Source: Thermovirgaceae bacterium (GTDB lineage: Bacteria > Synergistota > Synergistia > Synergistales > Thermovirgaceae). Taken from it: a DNA stretch of 64,000 nucleotides. Positions 39,975 to 51,074 of this stretch are shown here, piece after piece. The DNA is taken from the NCBI GenBank assembly GCA_040767805.1, contig JAXGNU010000008.1, positions 1-64,000 of the forward strand, read 5' to 3'. The notes under the pieces are model-generated. The model was not told the origin of the DNA. It saw only the letters and a program-made list of their open reading frames with translations, and did no database searches. Numbering within the stretch: position 1 is the stretch's first letter; the number at the start of each line of letters is the position of its first letter. A program made the position numbers and the translations under genes.

Positions 39975-41270
39975 GTGCTCAACGCATTCAGGGATGCTTT
40001 CCGGTTGCCCGATCTCAAGAGGAAGATACTCTTCACCATGGGTGTGCTCTTCCTCTTCCGTCTCGGCACCCATATCCCCACGCCGGGCATAGATCCCGAC
40101 GCCATGGCCAGCCTGTTCGACCAGGGTGGAGTGCTCGGGTTCCTGGACCTCTTCGCCGGGGGCGCCCTCAAGAGGTTCAGCGTATTCGCCCTCGGGGTCG
40201 CTCCCTACATCAACGCCAGCATCGTCATGCAGCTGCTGGTGGTGGTGTTCCCGGCCCTGGAAAAACTCCAAAAGGAGGGCGAGCAGGGCAGGAAGAAGAT
40301 AGTCCAGTACACCCGGCTCGGGACGGTGTTCTTCGCCGCCGTCCAGGCCATAGGCATGACCTTCTGGCTCAGGAACCTCGGTGTATTCTCGGGGGGATGG
40401 GTGGGCTTCGTCGCGGCGGTCTTCACCGTCACGGCGGGCTCCCTGGTGGTCATGTGGCTGGGGGAGGAGATCTCCGATCACGGGATAGGCAACGGCATCT
40501 CGCTTTTGATATTCGCCGGGATAGTGGCCCGGCTGCCCGAGGCCATGATCAGGACCTGGGCGCTCTTGAGGATGGGTGAGATGAACGTCCTTGTCATCAC
40601 GCTGGCCCTCATCCTGATGCTCGTGGTCATCGCGGGCTGCGTCCTCCTCCAGGAGGGGCAGAGGAGGCTTCCCGTCCAGTACGCGAAAAGGGTCGTGGGC
40701 AACAAGGTCTACGGGGGACAGAGCACCTTCATACCCTTGAAGGTCAACCAGGCCGGCGTCATCCCGATCATATTCGCGTCGTCGGTGCTGTTGTTCCCCT
40801 CCACCATAGCCAGGCTTTTCTCGGGTGAGGTGTCGGCGATGATCCAGCGCTTCCTGTCGCCCGACAGCCTTGTTTACATGACGCTCTACGTGGTGCTGAT
40901 CGTCTTCTTCTCCTACTTTTACACCGCCGTCGTCTTCGACCCCAACGACACGGCCGAGAACATGAAGAAGTACGGTGGGTTCGTCCTGGGTATCAGGCCG
41001 GGGAAACCGACGGCCGAGTACATCGAGAAGGTGATGTCGAGGATCACCCTCGGCGGAGCCGTCTTCCTAGCCGCCGTCGCCCTGCTGCCCACCCTGATGA
41101 CCCGCCTCATGGGGATCACCACCTTTTACTTCGGCGGAACCGCCGTCCTGATCGTGGTGGGCGTGGCCCTCGACACGGTCCACCAGGTCGAGGCCCAGCT
41201 CCTGATGAGGCACTACGAGGGTATCCTGAAGCGGTCGAAGGGGAAGACCGCCGGGCTCCTCAAGTTCTAG
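39975..41270 (+). CDS. secY: Preprotein translocase SecY
   Basis: FALGVAPYINASI, GIGNGISL, GVIPIIFA. Confidence 0.97.
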   Translation: MLNAFRDAFRLPDLKRKILFTMGVLFLFRLGTHIPTPGIDPDAMASLFDQGGVLGFLDLFAGGALKRFSVFALGVAPYINASIVMQLLVVVFPALEKLQKEGEQGRKKIVQYTRLGTVFFAAVQAIGMTFWLRNLGVFSGGWVGFVAAVFTVTAGSLVVMWLGEEISDHGIGNGISLLIFAGIVARLPEAMIRTWALLRMGEMNVLVITLALILMLVVIAGCVLLQEGQRRLPVQYAKRVVGNKVYGGQSTFIPLKVNQAGVIPIIFASSVLLFPSTIARLFSGEVSAMIQRFLSPDSLVYMTLYVVLIVFFSYFYTAVVFDPNDTAENMKKYGGFVLGIRPGKPTAEYIEKVMSRITLGGAVFLAAVALLPTLMTRLMGITTFYFGGTAVLIVVGVALDTVHQVEAQLLMRHYEGILKRSKGKTAGLLKF

Positions 41271-41286
41271 AGGGAATGGCGTGGTC

Positions 41287-41931
41287 ATGAGAGTCATCTT
41301 CCTCGGGCCGCCCGGCGCCGGCAAAGGGACACAGGCAGCGGTTCTCAAGGGCCGTTACGGCCTCGCCCACATATCCACGGGCGACATCCTCAGAGAGAAC
41401 GTCAGGAGCGGGACCGCGCTGGGGAAGACCGCCAAAAAGTACATGGACTCCGGTGGGCTGGTCCCCGACGACGTGATAATCGCCATGATGAGGGAACGCC
41501 TCCAGGAACCCGACTGCCGAAGCGGGTTCATCCTGGACGGGTTCCCCAGGACGGTCCCCCAGGCCGAGGCCCTGGACCGCCTCCTGGAAGGGATGGACAT
41601 CACCCTCGACGGGGTCATCCTTTTCGAGATCCCAAGGCAGCTGGTCATCGACCGGTTGACCGGCAGGAGGATCTGCGGGAGCTGCGGCGAGATATACAAC
41701 GTGAGCTTCAAGAGCACCAAGGTCCCCGGGGTCTGCGACCGTTGCGGCGGCGAGTTGGTACAAAGGGATGACGACAGGGAAGAGGTCGTCATCAGGAGGC
41801 TCGAGGTCTACGAGGAACAGACGGCCCCCCTGGTCCGCTACTACGAGGAAAAGGGCCGACTCATCCGCGTCGACGCTGGCCGGGAGGGCGACCGCGTGGT
41901 CGCGGCCATTGAAAAGGCCGTCGGGTTATAG
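41287..41931 (+). CDS. adk: Adenylate kinase (Zn-lid)
   Basis: GPPGAGKGTQ, LDGFPR, CxxC..CxxC lid. Confidence 0.97.
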   Translation: MRVIFLGPPGAGKGTQAAVLKGRYGLAHISTGDILRENVRSGTALGKTAKKYMDSGGLVPDDVIIAMMRERLQEPDCRSGFILDGFPRTVPQAEALDRLLEGMDITLDGVILFEIPRQLVIDRLTGRRICGSCGEIYNVSFKSTKVPGVCDRCGGELVQRDDDREEVVIRRLEVYEEQTAPLVRYYEEKGRLIRVDAGREGDRVVAAIEKAVGL

Positions 41932-41934
41932 AGT

Positions 41935-42705
41935 ATGGTGACCATAAAGAACGAGCAGGAGATCGCGAGCCTCAGGAGGGCCGGGAAGATCGTGGTCGAT
42001 GTCCTTCACCTCGTGAGGGATATCATCCGCCCGGGGGTGGACACCCTGACCCTGGACACCGAGGCGGAAAAGTTGATAATTGCCTCCGGCGCGCGCCCGG
42101 CCTTCAAGGGGTATACCGTCCCCGGCGTTCCTGTCCCCTTCCCCGGGACCCTTTGCGTTTCCATCAACGACGAGGTGGTCCACGGGAAGCCCGACAGGGA
42201 CAGGATCCTCCAGGAGGGCGATGTGGTCAGCGTCGACGTGGGGGTCCGTTTCGAAGGGTTCTACGGGGACGCGGCCTGCACCTTCCCGGCGGGCGATATA
42301 TCGCCGGAAAGGGAGGCCCTGCTCAGGGTGACCCGGGAGTGCCTGGAAAGGGCTGTCGCCGCCGCCAGGGAGGGGGCCACGCTGGGGGATATCGGCCACG
42401 CGGTGGAATCGTGGGCCGTACCAAGGGGTTACGGGGTCGTGAGGGAATACGCCGGCCACGGGATCGGGCGGAAACTCCACGAGGCCCCGCAGGTACCCAA
42501 CTTCGGCGTTCCCGGCAAGGGCATAACCCTCAAGAAGGGGATGTCCCTCGCCATCGAACCGATGATCATGACCGGGAAGGAGGCGGTAAGGACTCTGAAG
42601 GACGGATGGACCGTGGTGACGGCCGATGGCTCCGATGCCGCCCACTTCGAGAAGACCATCGTCATAACCGGCGACGTTCCGGAGGTGATCACGCCTTGGG
42701 ATTAA
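41935..42705 (+). CDS. map: Methionine aminopeptidase type I
   Basis: SINDEVVHG, GHGIG..HE, AIEPM. Confidence 0.96.
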   Translation: MVTIKNEQEIASLRRAGKIVVDVLHLVRDIIRPGVDTLTLDTEAEKLIIASGARPAFKGYTVPGVPVPFPGTLCVSINDEVVHGKPDRDRILQEGDVVSVDVGVRFEGFYGDAACTFPAGDISPEREALLRVTRECLERAVAAAREGATLGDIGHAVESWAVPRGYGVVREYAGHGIGRKLHEAPQVPNFGVPGKGITLKKGMSLAIEPMIMTGKEAVRTLKDGWTVVTADGSDAAHFEKTIVITGDVPEVITPWD

Positions 42706-42806
42706 GGGGTCAGGGCGCTGATCTCCCCGGGATCGGCAGCCGCCCCGGCCTGGTTGAGCGGGTCGGGTCGTCCCGCCGGGTGGGACAGGGAGGGTGAAGG
42801 AGCCGA

Positions 42807-43025
42807 ATGCCAAAAGATGACATGATCGAAGTCAAGGGAAAGGTCATAGAACCTTTACCCAACGCCATGTTCCGGGTCGAACTGGAAAACGGTCACAAGA
42901 TCCTGGGCCACGTGTCGGGCAAGATGCGGATGCATTTCATAAGGATCCTGCCGGGGGATAGGGTCCTCGTCCAGATATCCCCCTACGACTTGACACGGGG
43001 AAGGATCGTGTATAGATATAAATAG
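42807..43025 (+). CDS. infA: Translation initiation factor IF-1
   Basis: [17 protein letters not shown]. Confidence 0.97.
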   Translation: MPKDDMIEVKGKVIEPLPNAMFRVELENGHKILGHVSGKMRMHFIRILPGDRVLVQISPYDLTRGRIVYRYK

Positions 43026-43100
43026 CTTGGAGCCTGGACGATCGCCGGGTTTTTCCCCGGCAGGCGCGTAATACAGCTGTGTTGAGGAGTGTGGGATCAA

Positions 43101-43226
43101 ATGAAAGTAAAGCCTTCTATCAAACCCATCTGCGAACATTGCAGGGTTATCAAGAGAAAAGGTGTCGTAAGGATCATATGCAGCAAGAACCCGAGGCATA
43201 AACAGAGACAAGGAGCGAGGAGGTAG
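43101..43226 (+). CDS. rpmJ: 50S ribosomal protein L36 (absent from ORF track, 41 aa)
   Basis: Manual translation [50 protein letters not shown]. Confidence 0.95.
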   Translation: MKVKPSIKPICEHCRVIKRKGVVRIICSKNPRHKQRQGARR

Positions 43227-43231
43227 TCCCC

Positions 43232-43615
43232 ATGGCACGAATAGCAGGAGTCGATCTCCCCAGGGAAAAACGCATCGAGGTCGCGCTGACCTATATCTAT
43301 GGGATCGGGCTGCCTTCCTCGAAAAAGATTCTGGAGGCCACATCCATCGACCCCGACCGGAGGGTGAAGGACCTCACCGAGGAGGAAGCCCAGAAACTCA
43401 GGTCGGAGATAGAGGAGCACTACAGGGTGGAGGGCGACCTCCGGCGCGAAGTCACGATGAACATAAAGCGCCTCATCGAGATAGGCTGTTACCGGGGCAT
43501 GCGCCATAAATTCGGCCTCCCCGTGAGAGGCCAGAGGACGAAGACCAACGCGAGGAGCCGCAAGGGACCCCGCAGGGCCGTCGCGGGCAAGAAGAAACCC
43601 GCGGCCAAGAAGTAG
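43232..43615 (+). CDS. rpsM: 30S ribosomal protein S13
   Basis: [21 protein letters not shown]. Confidence 0.97.
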   Translation: MARIAGVDLPREKRIEVALTYIYGIGLPSSKKILEATSIDPDRRVKDLTEEEAQKLRSEIEEHYRVEGDLRREVTMNIKRLIEIGCYRGMRHKFGLPVRGQRTKTNARSRKGPRRAVAGKKKPAAKK

Positions 43616-43661
43616 TGATTGAATCTTTCACGTCCCATAGGGCAAGGGAGGGAGTATTCGC

Positions 43662-44054
43662 GTGGCGAAGAGAACGCAACGAAGAGGCAAGAAGAAAGAA
43701 AAAAAGAATATCAGTTACGGTGTAGCCCATATCTACTCGACCTTCAACAACACCATAATCAGCGTCACCGACAGGCAGGGGAACCTGCTGTCGTGGGCCT
43801 CAGGCGGGCATGTGGGTTTCAAGGGAGCGAGGAAATCCACTCCCTTCGCGGCCCAACTGGCGGCCCAGCAGGTCGCCAGGCAGGCGCAGGATCATGGTGT
43901 CCAGGAGATAGATGTCGTTGTCAAGGGGCCCGGGCCCGGCCGCGAGTCGGCCATCCGGTCCCTCCAGGGGGCGGGTCTGCAGGTGAACGCCATCAAGGAC
44001 GAGACCCCCATCCCCCACAACGGCTGCCGGCCTCCCAAGCGTCGGCGAGTCTAG
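43662..44054 (+). CDS. rpsK: 30S ribosomal protein S11
   Basis: [19 protein letters not shown]. Confidence 0.97.
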   Translation: MAKRTQRRGKKKEKKNISYGVAHIYSTFNNTIISVTDRQGNLLSWASGGHVGFKGARKSTPFAAQLAAQQVARQAQDHGVQEIDVVVKGPGPGRESAIRSLQGAGLQVNAIKDETPIPHNGCRPPKRRRV

Positions 44055-44081
44055 CGGGCTGATCTAAGGAGGACAAGGGTA

Positions 44082-44711
44082 ATGAGCAGGTACACAGGTG
44101 CCGTTTGCCGCCTCTGCAGGGCCGAGGGTACAAAGCTCTTCCTGAAGGGCGACAGGTGTTACACGGAAAAGTGCGCCATCAACAAGAGAAACTACAAGCC
44201 GGGGCAGCACGGGCAGAGCCGGAGGGTGAAGGTCAGCGAGTACGGCCTCCGGCTGCGGGAGAAGCAGAAACTGAGACGCTTCTACGGGGTCAACGAGTCC
44301 CAGTTCAGGAGGTTCTACGCCGCCGCCTCCAGGATGGCGGGCCAGACGGGCCATAACTTCCTGAGGCTGCTCGAGACGCGCCTCGACAACGTGGTCTACC
44401 GGTTCGGCATCGGGGTGAGCCGCCCCCAGGCGCGGCAGTTCGTGAGGCATGGGCACGTCACCGTGAACGGGCGCAAGGTGGATATCCCCAGTTACCTCGT
44501 GAAGGCCGGGGACGTCATCGCCATCGGCGAGAGGAGCCGGGACAAGGCCCTCCTCAAGGAGAACATCGAGGTGGCGGCTTCCCGGGCGATACCCGAGTGG
44601 CTGCAGTTCGACGCCGAGAGGCAGGAAGGCCGCATACTGGCCCTCCCGAACCGTGAACAGATCGAGGTCCCCGTCAAGGAACAGCTGGTTGTAGAGTTCT
44701 ACGCCCGATAG
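44082..44711 (+). CDS. rpsD: 30S ribosomal protein S4
   Basis: [24 protein letters not shown]. Confidence 0.97.
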   Translation: MSRYTGAVCRLCRAEGTKLFLKGDRCYTEKCAINKRNYKPGQHGQSRRVKVSEYGLRLREKQKLRRFYGVNESQFRRFYAAASRMAGQTGHNFLRLLETRLDNVVYRFGIGVSRPQARQFVRHGHVTVNGRKVDIPSYLVKAGDVIAIGERSRDKALLKENIEVAASRAIPEWLQFDAERQEGRILALPNREQIEVPVKEQLVVEFYAR

Positions 44712-44729
44712 GGCATGACCGGGAGGAGA

Positions 44730-45725
44730 ATGATGGAACATATCAAACCCGAGATCCGGGTAGAGGAAAGCACTCCCCTGAACGGGAGGATCGTCGTCAG
44801 CCCCCTGGAAAAGGGGTACGGCGTAACCCTTGGGAACGCCCTCAGGCGGGTCCTGCTGTCTTCCATCGGCGGGGCGGCCATCACGGCGGTGAGGATCGAG
44901 GGTATCCTTCACGAGTTCAGCACCATCCCGGGCATGAGGGAGGACGTCATCGAACTGCTCCTCAACCTGAAGAACGTGGCGCTGAAAAGCTACAGCGAGG
45001 GGACCAAGATACTGAGGCTGGAGGCGAAGGGCCCCTGCGTGGTCACGCCGGCCCATGTCCAGCCCGACAGCGACATCGAGTTCGTGGACCCCGAGAAGTA
45101 CATCTGCACCCTGGAGGAAGGCGGCTTCCTGGAGATGGACCTTTTCATCGAAAAGGGGACCGGCTACCTGACCTCCGAAAGGGACAGGCCCTCGGACCTA
45201 CCCCTGGACGCCCTTGTCATGGACGCGGTGTTCTCCCCCGTACGCCGGGCGAAGTACGAAGTCCAGGACGCGAGGGTCGGCCAGAGGACCGACTACGAGA
45301 GGCTGGTCCTCGAAGTGTGGACCAACGGGTCGATCATGCCCGAAAAGGCCGTGATCGATGCCGCCTCCATCCTGCAGAGGTCCTTTTCCCTCTTCGTGAA
45401 AGGGCTCGGCAAGGATGAGTCCGAAGGGGCCGCCGATGGGGAAGGCGAAGGGGCGGCTGATCAGGACAAGGATGTCGACGGCGTCTACGCCAGGTCCATC
45501 AAGGACCTCGAGTTATCCATAAGGAGCGAGAACTGCCTCCTGCGAGGGGGTGTCCAGACCATCGGGGACCTCATAAACCGAGGCAGGTCGGAGCTGCTGA
45601 AGATCAGGAATTTGGGCAAGATATCCCTCAGGGAGATTGAGGAAAAGCTGGAAGCCTTCGGGCTGCAGATCTCGGAGGATGACCGCCCGTCAGCGGACAA
45701 GTCGAAGGAGGATGAAGCCCGATGA
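44730..45725 (+). CDS. rpoA: RNA polymerase alpha subunit
   Basis: [32 protein letters not shown]. Confidence 0.97.
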   Translation: MMEHIKPEIRVEESTPLNGRIVVSPLEKGYGVTLGNALRRVLLSSIGGAAITAVRIEGILHEFSTIPGMREDVIELLLNLKNVALKSYSEGTKILRLEAKGPCVVTPAHVQPDSDIEFVDPEKYICTLEEGGFLEMDLFIEKGTGYLTSERDRPSDLPLDALVMDAVFSPVRRAKYEVQDARVGQRTDYERLVLEVWTNGSIMPEKAVIDAASILQRSFSLFVKGLGKDESEGAADGEGEGAADQDKDVDGVYARSIKDLELSIRSENCLLRGGVQTIGDLINRGRSELLKIRNLGKISLREIEEKLEAFGLQISEDDRPSADKSKEDEAR

Positions 45726-46081
45726 GGCACCGCGTTGATCGACGCAGGCTTGGGCGGTACGGAAGCCATCGCATGGCCATGCTCTCAAACCTCACGGCGG
45801 ACCTAATCCTGGAAGAGCGCTTGGAGACCACCGTCACCAGGGCCAAGGAGGTTCGCCGGGTCGCGGAGAGGATGATAACAAAGGCCAAGGCCGGCGATCT
45901 CCACAACCGGAGGATCGTCGCTTCCAGGATGGGGAATGTCAAGGCCGTTCAGAAACTGTTCAACGATATAGCCGGCCGTTTCAGCGAAAGGCAGGGGGGG
46001 TACACCCGGATAACCAGGCTGGGTTACCGCAAGGGCGACGGGGCACCCATGGCCGTGATAGAACTTGTCGAGAGGTCATGA
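45722..46081 (+). CDS. rplQ: 50S ribosomal protein L17
   Basis: MRHR..LGR, GGYTRI. Confidence 0.96.
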   Translation: MRHRVDRRRLGRYGSHRMAMLSNLTADLILEERLETTVTRAKEVRRVAERMITKAKAGDLHNRRIVASRMGNVKAVQKLFNDIAGRFSERQGGYTRITRLGYRKGDGAPMAVIELVERS

Positions 46082-46905
46082 CGGCCGACTGCCTGGTACG
46101 GTTTTCCGATGTTTCTTACACCTACCAGGGTACAGACGCTCCAGCCATCGCCGGTATTGACCTGGAGATCGGCGCCGGGGAATGGATAGCCGTACTTGGG
46201 AGCAACGGATCCGGTAAATCCACCCTGGCGAAGCATTTCAACGCCCTGCTGTTACCTACGCAGGGCGATTGTTTTGTCCACGGCCTCAACACAAAGACCG
46301 AAGAAGGCAAGCGCGCGGCCAGGAGGTCGGTGTCGATGGTTTTCCAGAACCCGGAGAACCAGCTCATAGCGGCCGTGGTCGAGGAGGACGTCGCCTTCGG
46401 CCCTGAGAACCTGGGCCTGTCCCCCGGCGAGATCAGGGAAAGGGTGAGATGGGCCCTGGGTGTCTCGGGCCTCGGGAAAATGGCCCGTAAACCCGTCTAC
46501 GCCCTTTCGGGGGGGCAGAAGCAGAGGCTCGCCCTGGCGGGGGCCATTGCACAGAAAACCCCTTGCCTCGTCATGGACGAAGCGACGACCATGCTCGACC
46601 CCAAGGGGAGGCAGGACCTCATGGCGGTGCTCTCCAACCTTCATGCCGGCGGTATGACCCTCGTCTCCATCACCCACAGGCTCGAGGAGATAATCCCCTG
46701 TGACCGCTGCGTTGTTCTCTACGGGGGCCGCGTAGCCTGGGAAGGGACCCCGGAGGCCTTGTTCCTCCTCGACGAGGAAATGGCGAGGTGGGGGCTCGAA
46801 GTGCCGGGGATGGTGAGGGTGTGGCGGATGCTCCTCGAGGAGGGGTTCATCGGCAAGGAGACTCCCCCGCGGGTGGAAGAGATGGTGGAGGCCCTATGTC
46901 GATAG
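46078..46905 (+). CDS. ecfA1: ECF transporter ATPase A1
   Basis: [24 protein letters not shown]; conserved position after rplQ. Confidence 0.9.
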   Translation: MTADCLVRFSDVSYTYQGTDAPAIAGIDLEIGAGEWIAVLGSNGSGKSTLAKHFNALLLPTQGDCFVHGLNTKTEEGKRAARRSVSMVFQNPENQLIAAVVEEDVAFGPENLGLSPGEIRERVRWALGVSGLGKMARKPVYALSGGQKQRLALAGAIAQKTPCLVMDEATTMLDPKGRQDLMAVLSNLHAGGMTLVSITHRLEEIIPCDRCVVLYGGRVAWEGTPEALFLLDEEMARWGLEVPGMVRVWRMLLEEGFIGKETPPRVEEMVEALCR

Positions 46906-47738
46906 CCGTGAGGGACCTGGTCCATATCTACCACCCCGGGTCGCCCCTCCAGACGAGAGCCCTCGACGGCGTCACCTTTGAGGCCGAAAAGGGCAGCTGG
47001 GTCGCCGTCGTGGGGCATACCGGCAGCGGCAAGTCCACCCTTGCCCAGCACCTGAACGGGCTCCTCCTGCCGACGGAGGGCTCCGTCAGCGTCGACGGGA
47101 TACAGGTCCGCCACGGCGAGGGGTCCCTCCGCCTGGTCAGGCAGAAGGTGGGCCTGGTCTTCCAGTACCCCGAGCAGCAGCTTTTCGAGGAGACCGTGTT
47201 CAAGGAGGTATCCTTCGGCCCCAGGAACTGGGGGTTCCAGGCCGATCACCTGGAAAAAAGCGTCGAAGAGGCCCTCGAACTGGTGGGCATCGGCCGGGAC
47301 CTGTACGAAGCCAGCCCTTTCCGGCTGTCGGGGGGGCAGAAGAGGAGGGTCGCCATAGCCTCGACGCTCTCCTCCGACCCCGATTACCTCGTCATGGACG
47401 AGCCCACCGCCGGGCTCGACTCCCCGGGGAGGAGGCAGTTGCTCGGCCTTCTTTCGGACCTGAAGAAACTGGGCAAGGGGATAATCCATATCACCCACGA
47501 TATGGAACTGGCCCTGGGACTGGCCGATACGATACTGGTCCTCGATGAGGGCAAGAGCACCCTTTGGGGCCCCCCGGGCGTGATACTGGGCGAACTCCTC
47601 GAACGGGACATACGGGGGCTCGTCATCCCGGACCTCGTCCGGTTCGCAGGACGTCTCCGCGACCTGGGCTTCGAGGTGCCCCTGACCTGGGAGCCGAAGG
47701 CCCTGGCGGAAGCGATAGGCAGGAGCCACGGAAGATGA
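46896..47738 (+). CDS. ecfA2: ECF transporter ATPase A2
   Basis: GHTGSGKST, FQYPEQQLF, DEPTAGLD. Confidence 0.9.
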   Translation: MSIAVRDLVHIYHPGSPLQTRALDGVTFEAEKGSWVAVVGHTGSGKSTLAQHLNGLLLPTEGSVSVDGIQVRHGEGSLRLVRQKVGLVFQYPEQQLFEETVFKEVSFGPRNWGFQADHLEKSVEEALELVGIGRDLYEASPFRLSGGQKRRVAIASTLSSDPDYLVMDEPTAGLDSPGRRQLLGLLSDLKKLGKGIIHITHDMELALGLADTILVLDEGKSTLWGPPGVILGELLERDIRGLVIPDLVRFAGRLRDLGFEVPLTWEPKALAEAIGRSHGR

Positions 47739-48550
47739 AATTCCTGAACAACATGACCCTCGGCCAGTATGTCCCCGTCGAATCCCCGGTCCACCACCTC
47801 GACCCGCGGTGCAAGATCGTGGCCGTCCTCTTTTGCCTCGTGGGCATCTTCATGGTCCGCGGCCCCCTGGGCTTCACGATGTGGGGCCTCTTCTTCCTGG
47901 CCCTCGTCGGGGCGTCGAGAATACCCGCGCGGCTGGTCCTGTCCACGGTGAAACCGGTCTGGATACTGGTAGCCTTCACTGCCGCGATCCATCTTTTTTT
48001 CACCGGCGGGGAGCCGGTCTTCTCCTGGGGGATCCTGGAGGTGACCCGGGAGGGCGTAGTCATGGCCGCGAGGATGGGTCTGAGGCTGATGCTGCTCATC
48101 ATGTTCGCGGGGCTCCTTACGCTCACAACGAGCCCCACGGAACTGGCCGACGGCCTGGAGAGCCTTTTCTCCCCCCTTCGCAGGTTCGGCTTCCCCGCCC
48201 ATGAACTGGCCATGATGATGACCATAGCCCTGAGGTTCATACCCACCCTTCTCAACGAGACGGAGAGGATAATGAAGGCCCAGATAGCCAGGGGGGCCGA
48301 ACTGGAAAGGGGTGGCCCCCTGAAGAGGCTTCGAGCCTTCATCCCCGTCCTGGTGCCCCTTTTCGTGATCGTCTTCCAGAGGGCCGACGACCTGGCTACC
48401 GCCATGGAAGCGAGGAACTACACCGGCGGGGAGGGCAGGACCCGGATGAACCCCCTCGAATGGACCGCCGGGGACTCCGCCGCTTTCGTCTTCTCGCTCC
48501 TGTTCTCCTTTTTGGCGGTGTTCCTCGATGGCAGGGTGACCCTCCCATGA
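47735..48550 (+). CDS. ecfT: ECF transporter transmembrane component T
   Basis: HHLDPRCK, ALRFIP, QIARG, AMEAR. Confidence 0.92.
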   Translation: MKFLNNMTLGQYVPVESPVHHLDPRCKIVAVLFCLVGIFMVRGPLGFTMWGLFFLALVGASRIPARLVLSTVKPVWILVAFTAAIHLFFTGGEPVFSWGILEVTREGVVMAARMGLRLMLLIMFAGLLTLTTSPTELADGLESLFSPLRRFGFPAHELAMMMTIALRFIPTLLNETERIMKAQIARGAELERGGPLKRLRAFIPVLVPLFVIVFQRADDLATAMEARNYTGGEGRTRMNPLEWTAGDSAAFVFSLLFSFLAVFLDGRVTLP

Positions 48551-49310
48551 GGTTCGCCGCGAAGATCGCCTATGACGGCTCCCGCTTCTCGGGCTGGCAG
48601 AAGCAGCCGAAGGCTACGGAAAATACCGTGCAGGAGCACGTCGAAAGGGCCTTGGCCACGCTGAACGGGCGGAGTACGCCCGTCGTGGCCGCCGGCAGGA
48701 CCGACAAGGGCGTCCACGCCCTGGAGCGGGTAATATCCTTCGATATGGCCGCCCCCTGGGAACCCCGAAAGCTCCGGAACGCCCTGGATGCCAACCTCCC
48801 GAGATCCATCAGCGTGTCGCGGGTGGCCCCCGTCCCCCGACGATTTCAGCGCCAGGCGGAGCGCCGACTGGAGGGAGTACGTATATTTCGTGTGGAAGGG
48901 ACAGGGGTGCCCGCCCCATATCCTCCCCTTCGTCTGGAGGAACGAGCACTCTGACTGGGACAGGGGGGCCCTGAGGACGCTTTGCGCCCTTATGAAGGGG
49001 GAGCACGATTTCAGCGCTTTCTGCCGCAAACTCGACCGCCCCGCCGATACCCGGCGGACGATCCTGGCCGCGTCGGTCTCTGGCAAGGGCCCTCTTCTGC
49101 GGGTAAGGATCGGGGTGACAGCTTCCTGACGAACATGATCAGGATCATCATGGGGTCGATGGACCTCGTCGCCGCCGGTAAACGGGATGTCCCGTGGTTC
49201 GAAGGGCTTCTCGAAGGGGGACAAAGGGTCGACGCGGGCCCCACGGCCCCGCCAGATGGGCTTTCCTCACCCTGGTGGGGTACACCCCTTCGCCATGGGA
49301 TGTTTCTTGA
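48547..49310 (+). pseudogene. truA: tRNA pseudouridine(38-40) synthase, three apparent frameshifts (probably sequencing errors)
   Basis: YDGSRFSGWQ, AGRTDKGVHA, GEHDFSAF, FLTNMIR, TAPPDGL spread over frames; shifts near 48836, 49111 and 49263. Confidence 0.85.
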
Positions 49311-49408
49311 GGGCGGCGGCCTTTTCGGATATAAGTTTAATCGCGGGCACGGAAGCCACGAGGACCCAGGGCGGTCTTTTTCGTCGACCTTGAAGGAGGT
49401 AACCTTGT

Positions 49409-50455
49409 ATGTGGGGTATGGATATCGGGATCGACCTGGGGACGGCCAACGTCCTCGTTTTCATGAAAAATAACGGCGTGGTCCTGAGGGAACCCTCCGT
49501 GGTGGCTGTGGACCTGAACACCGACAGGATCCTCGCCGTGGGTAACGAAGCCAAAAGCATGCTCGGGCGTACTCCCGGCAACGTTGTGGCCATCAGGCCC
49601 CTCAAGGACGGCGTCATCGCCGACTACACCATGACCGAGGCCATGCTCAGGCACTTCCTGAAGAAGGTCATCAAGGGTTTCGGCAGGCTCATGAGGCGCA
49701 GGGCAATGATATGCGTCCCCTCCGGGGCCACCGACGTGGAACGGAGGGCCGTCCTGGAGGCTGCCGTCGAGATAGGCACGAAGGAGGCCTTCCTGATAGA
49801 AGAGCCCATGGCTGCGGCCATAGGGGCTAACCTCGATATCTCCGAACCCAGGGGCAACCTCATCGTTGATATCGGCGGCGGGACGACCGACGTGGCGGTC
49901 CTGTCCTACGGCGGCATCGTCGTGGCCGAGTCTCTGAGGCTGGGGGGGGACCGCTTCGACGAGAACATAACCCGTTACATCCGGAAGGAATACAACCTCG
50001 CCATAGGAGAGCAGACGGCGGAGGCGATCAAGATCAATGTGGCCAACTGCGCCCCCTCGCCACGGCAGGAACAGACCATGATGATAAAGGGGCGGGACCT
50101 CGTCCACGGGCTACCGAGGCAGATCGAGATCACCGACCGCATCGTGGCCAAGGCCATCGAGGAGACGGTCGGCATGATAATCGAGGGGATAAGGCAGGTC
50201 CTGGAGAGGACCCCCCCCGAACTGTCGGCCGACATAATTGACCGGGGCATAACCCTCTCCGGCGGAGGAGCCCTCCTGAAGGGGCTCCCTGAGCTTGTCA
50301 CCAAGAAGACCCAGATACCCGCATACGTGGCGGACATGCCCCTGGAATGCGTGGCCATCGGGACGGGCAAGGCCCTCGATGATCTTGACAAGTTGCGCTC
50401 CAGCGGTTCCTTATCGGGGCTTCACGGCGCAGGAGAGAAAGGTATGGTGATATGA
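49409..50455 (+). CDS. mreB: MreB/Mbl actin-like rod-shape protein
   Basis: DLGTAN, PLKDGVIAD, IEEPMAAAIG, DIGGGTT. Confidence 0.92.
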   Translation: MWGMDIGIDLGTANVLVFMKNNGVVLREPSVVAVDLNTDRILAVGNEAKSMLGRTPGNVVAIRPLKDGVIADYTMTEAMLRHFLKKVIKGFGRLMRRRAMICVPSGATDVERRAVLEAAVEIGTKEAFLIEEPMAAAIGANLDISEPRGNLIVDIGGGTTDVAVLSYGGIVVAESLRLGGDRFDENITRYIRKEYNLAIGEQTAEAIKINVANCAPSPRQEQTMMIKGRDLVHGLPRQIEITDRIVAKAIEETVGMIIEGIRQVLERTPPELSADIIDRGITLSGGGALLKGLPELVTKKTQIPAYVADMPLECVAIGTGKALDDLDKLRSSGSLSGLHGAGEKGMVI

Positions 50456-50518
50456 TATCGAGGTCGGGCCCGCTTTTCGGGGTTGAAAAAGGGGAGCCCT
50501 TGAGTTACCATATGAACC

Positions 50519-50956
50519 GTGGTGGCAAGAAGGTTTATTTTTTCCTGCATCGGTTGCGGCCGTTGCTGTCGCGGTGAACCCGGGTCGGTCTGGCTTTCCC
50601 CCGGGGAGTTGGAAGCGATCGCTGAATACTTCGGCATGGAGAGTGAAGCCTTCCGGAAGGGCTTCGTGGTCGAGCGCCGGGGCAGGATGTCCCTCAGGGA
50701 ACGCCCGAATTGGGATTGCGTCATGTACCAGGGTGAGAGCGCCCGGTGCGGGATATACAGCGTGAGACCCCTTCAATGCAGGCTCTTCCCCTTCTGGCCC
50801 AGCATACTCAGGACGAGACGGGGTTGGGTGGAGCGATCCAGTGAATGCCCGGGCATGGACCGGGGGCGTTTCTGGAGCGCCGTGGGGAATAGCCGCCCTT
50901 TTGGCAAAGTCGCCTTTCCCGGATCTTTAACGGGTGACCCCCGGCCGGTTCGATGA
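50519..50956 (+). CDS. YkgJ-family (CxxCxxCC) cysteine cluster protein; C-terminus possibly frameshifted
   Basis: FSCIGCGRCC, CGIYSVRPLQCRLFPFWP, ECPG. Confidence 0.85.
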   Translation: MVARRFIFSCIGCGRCCRGEPGSVWLSPGELEAIAEYFGMESEAFRKGFVVERRGRMSLRERPNWDCVMYQGESARCGIYSVRPLQCRLFPFWPSILRTRRGWVERSSECPGMDRGRFWSAVGNSRPFGKVAFPGSLTGDPRPVR

Positions 50957-51074
50957 CCGGTTGCCCCGCTCGAATAATTGTGAAATAATAAACAAGAAAC
51001 AGGCCCCTCCGCTCCGGGTGCCAAGTGGGATACCTGGCGGGCATCCCAAGAAAAATAAAAGGGAGGTAGCTCGA

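Noticed and set aside
42706..42806. Small KOW-domain gene or ncRNA between map and infA
   Set aside because: Only 100 bp, no credible ORF, and the GC hairpins are unremarkable
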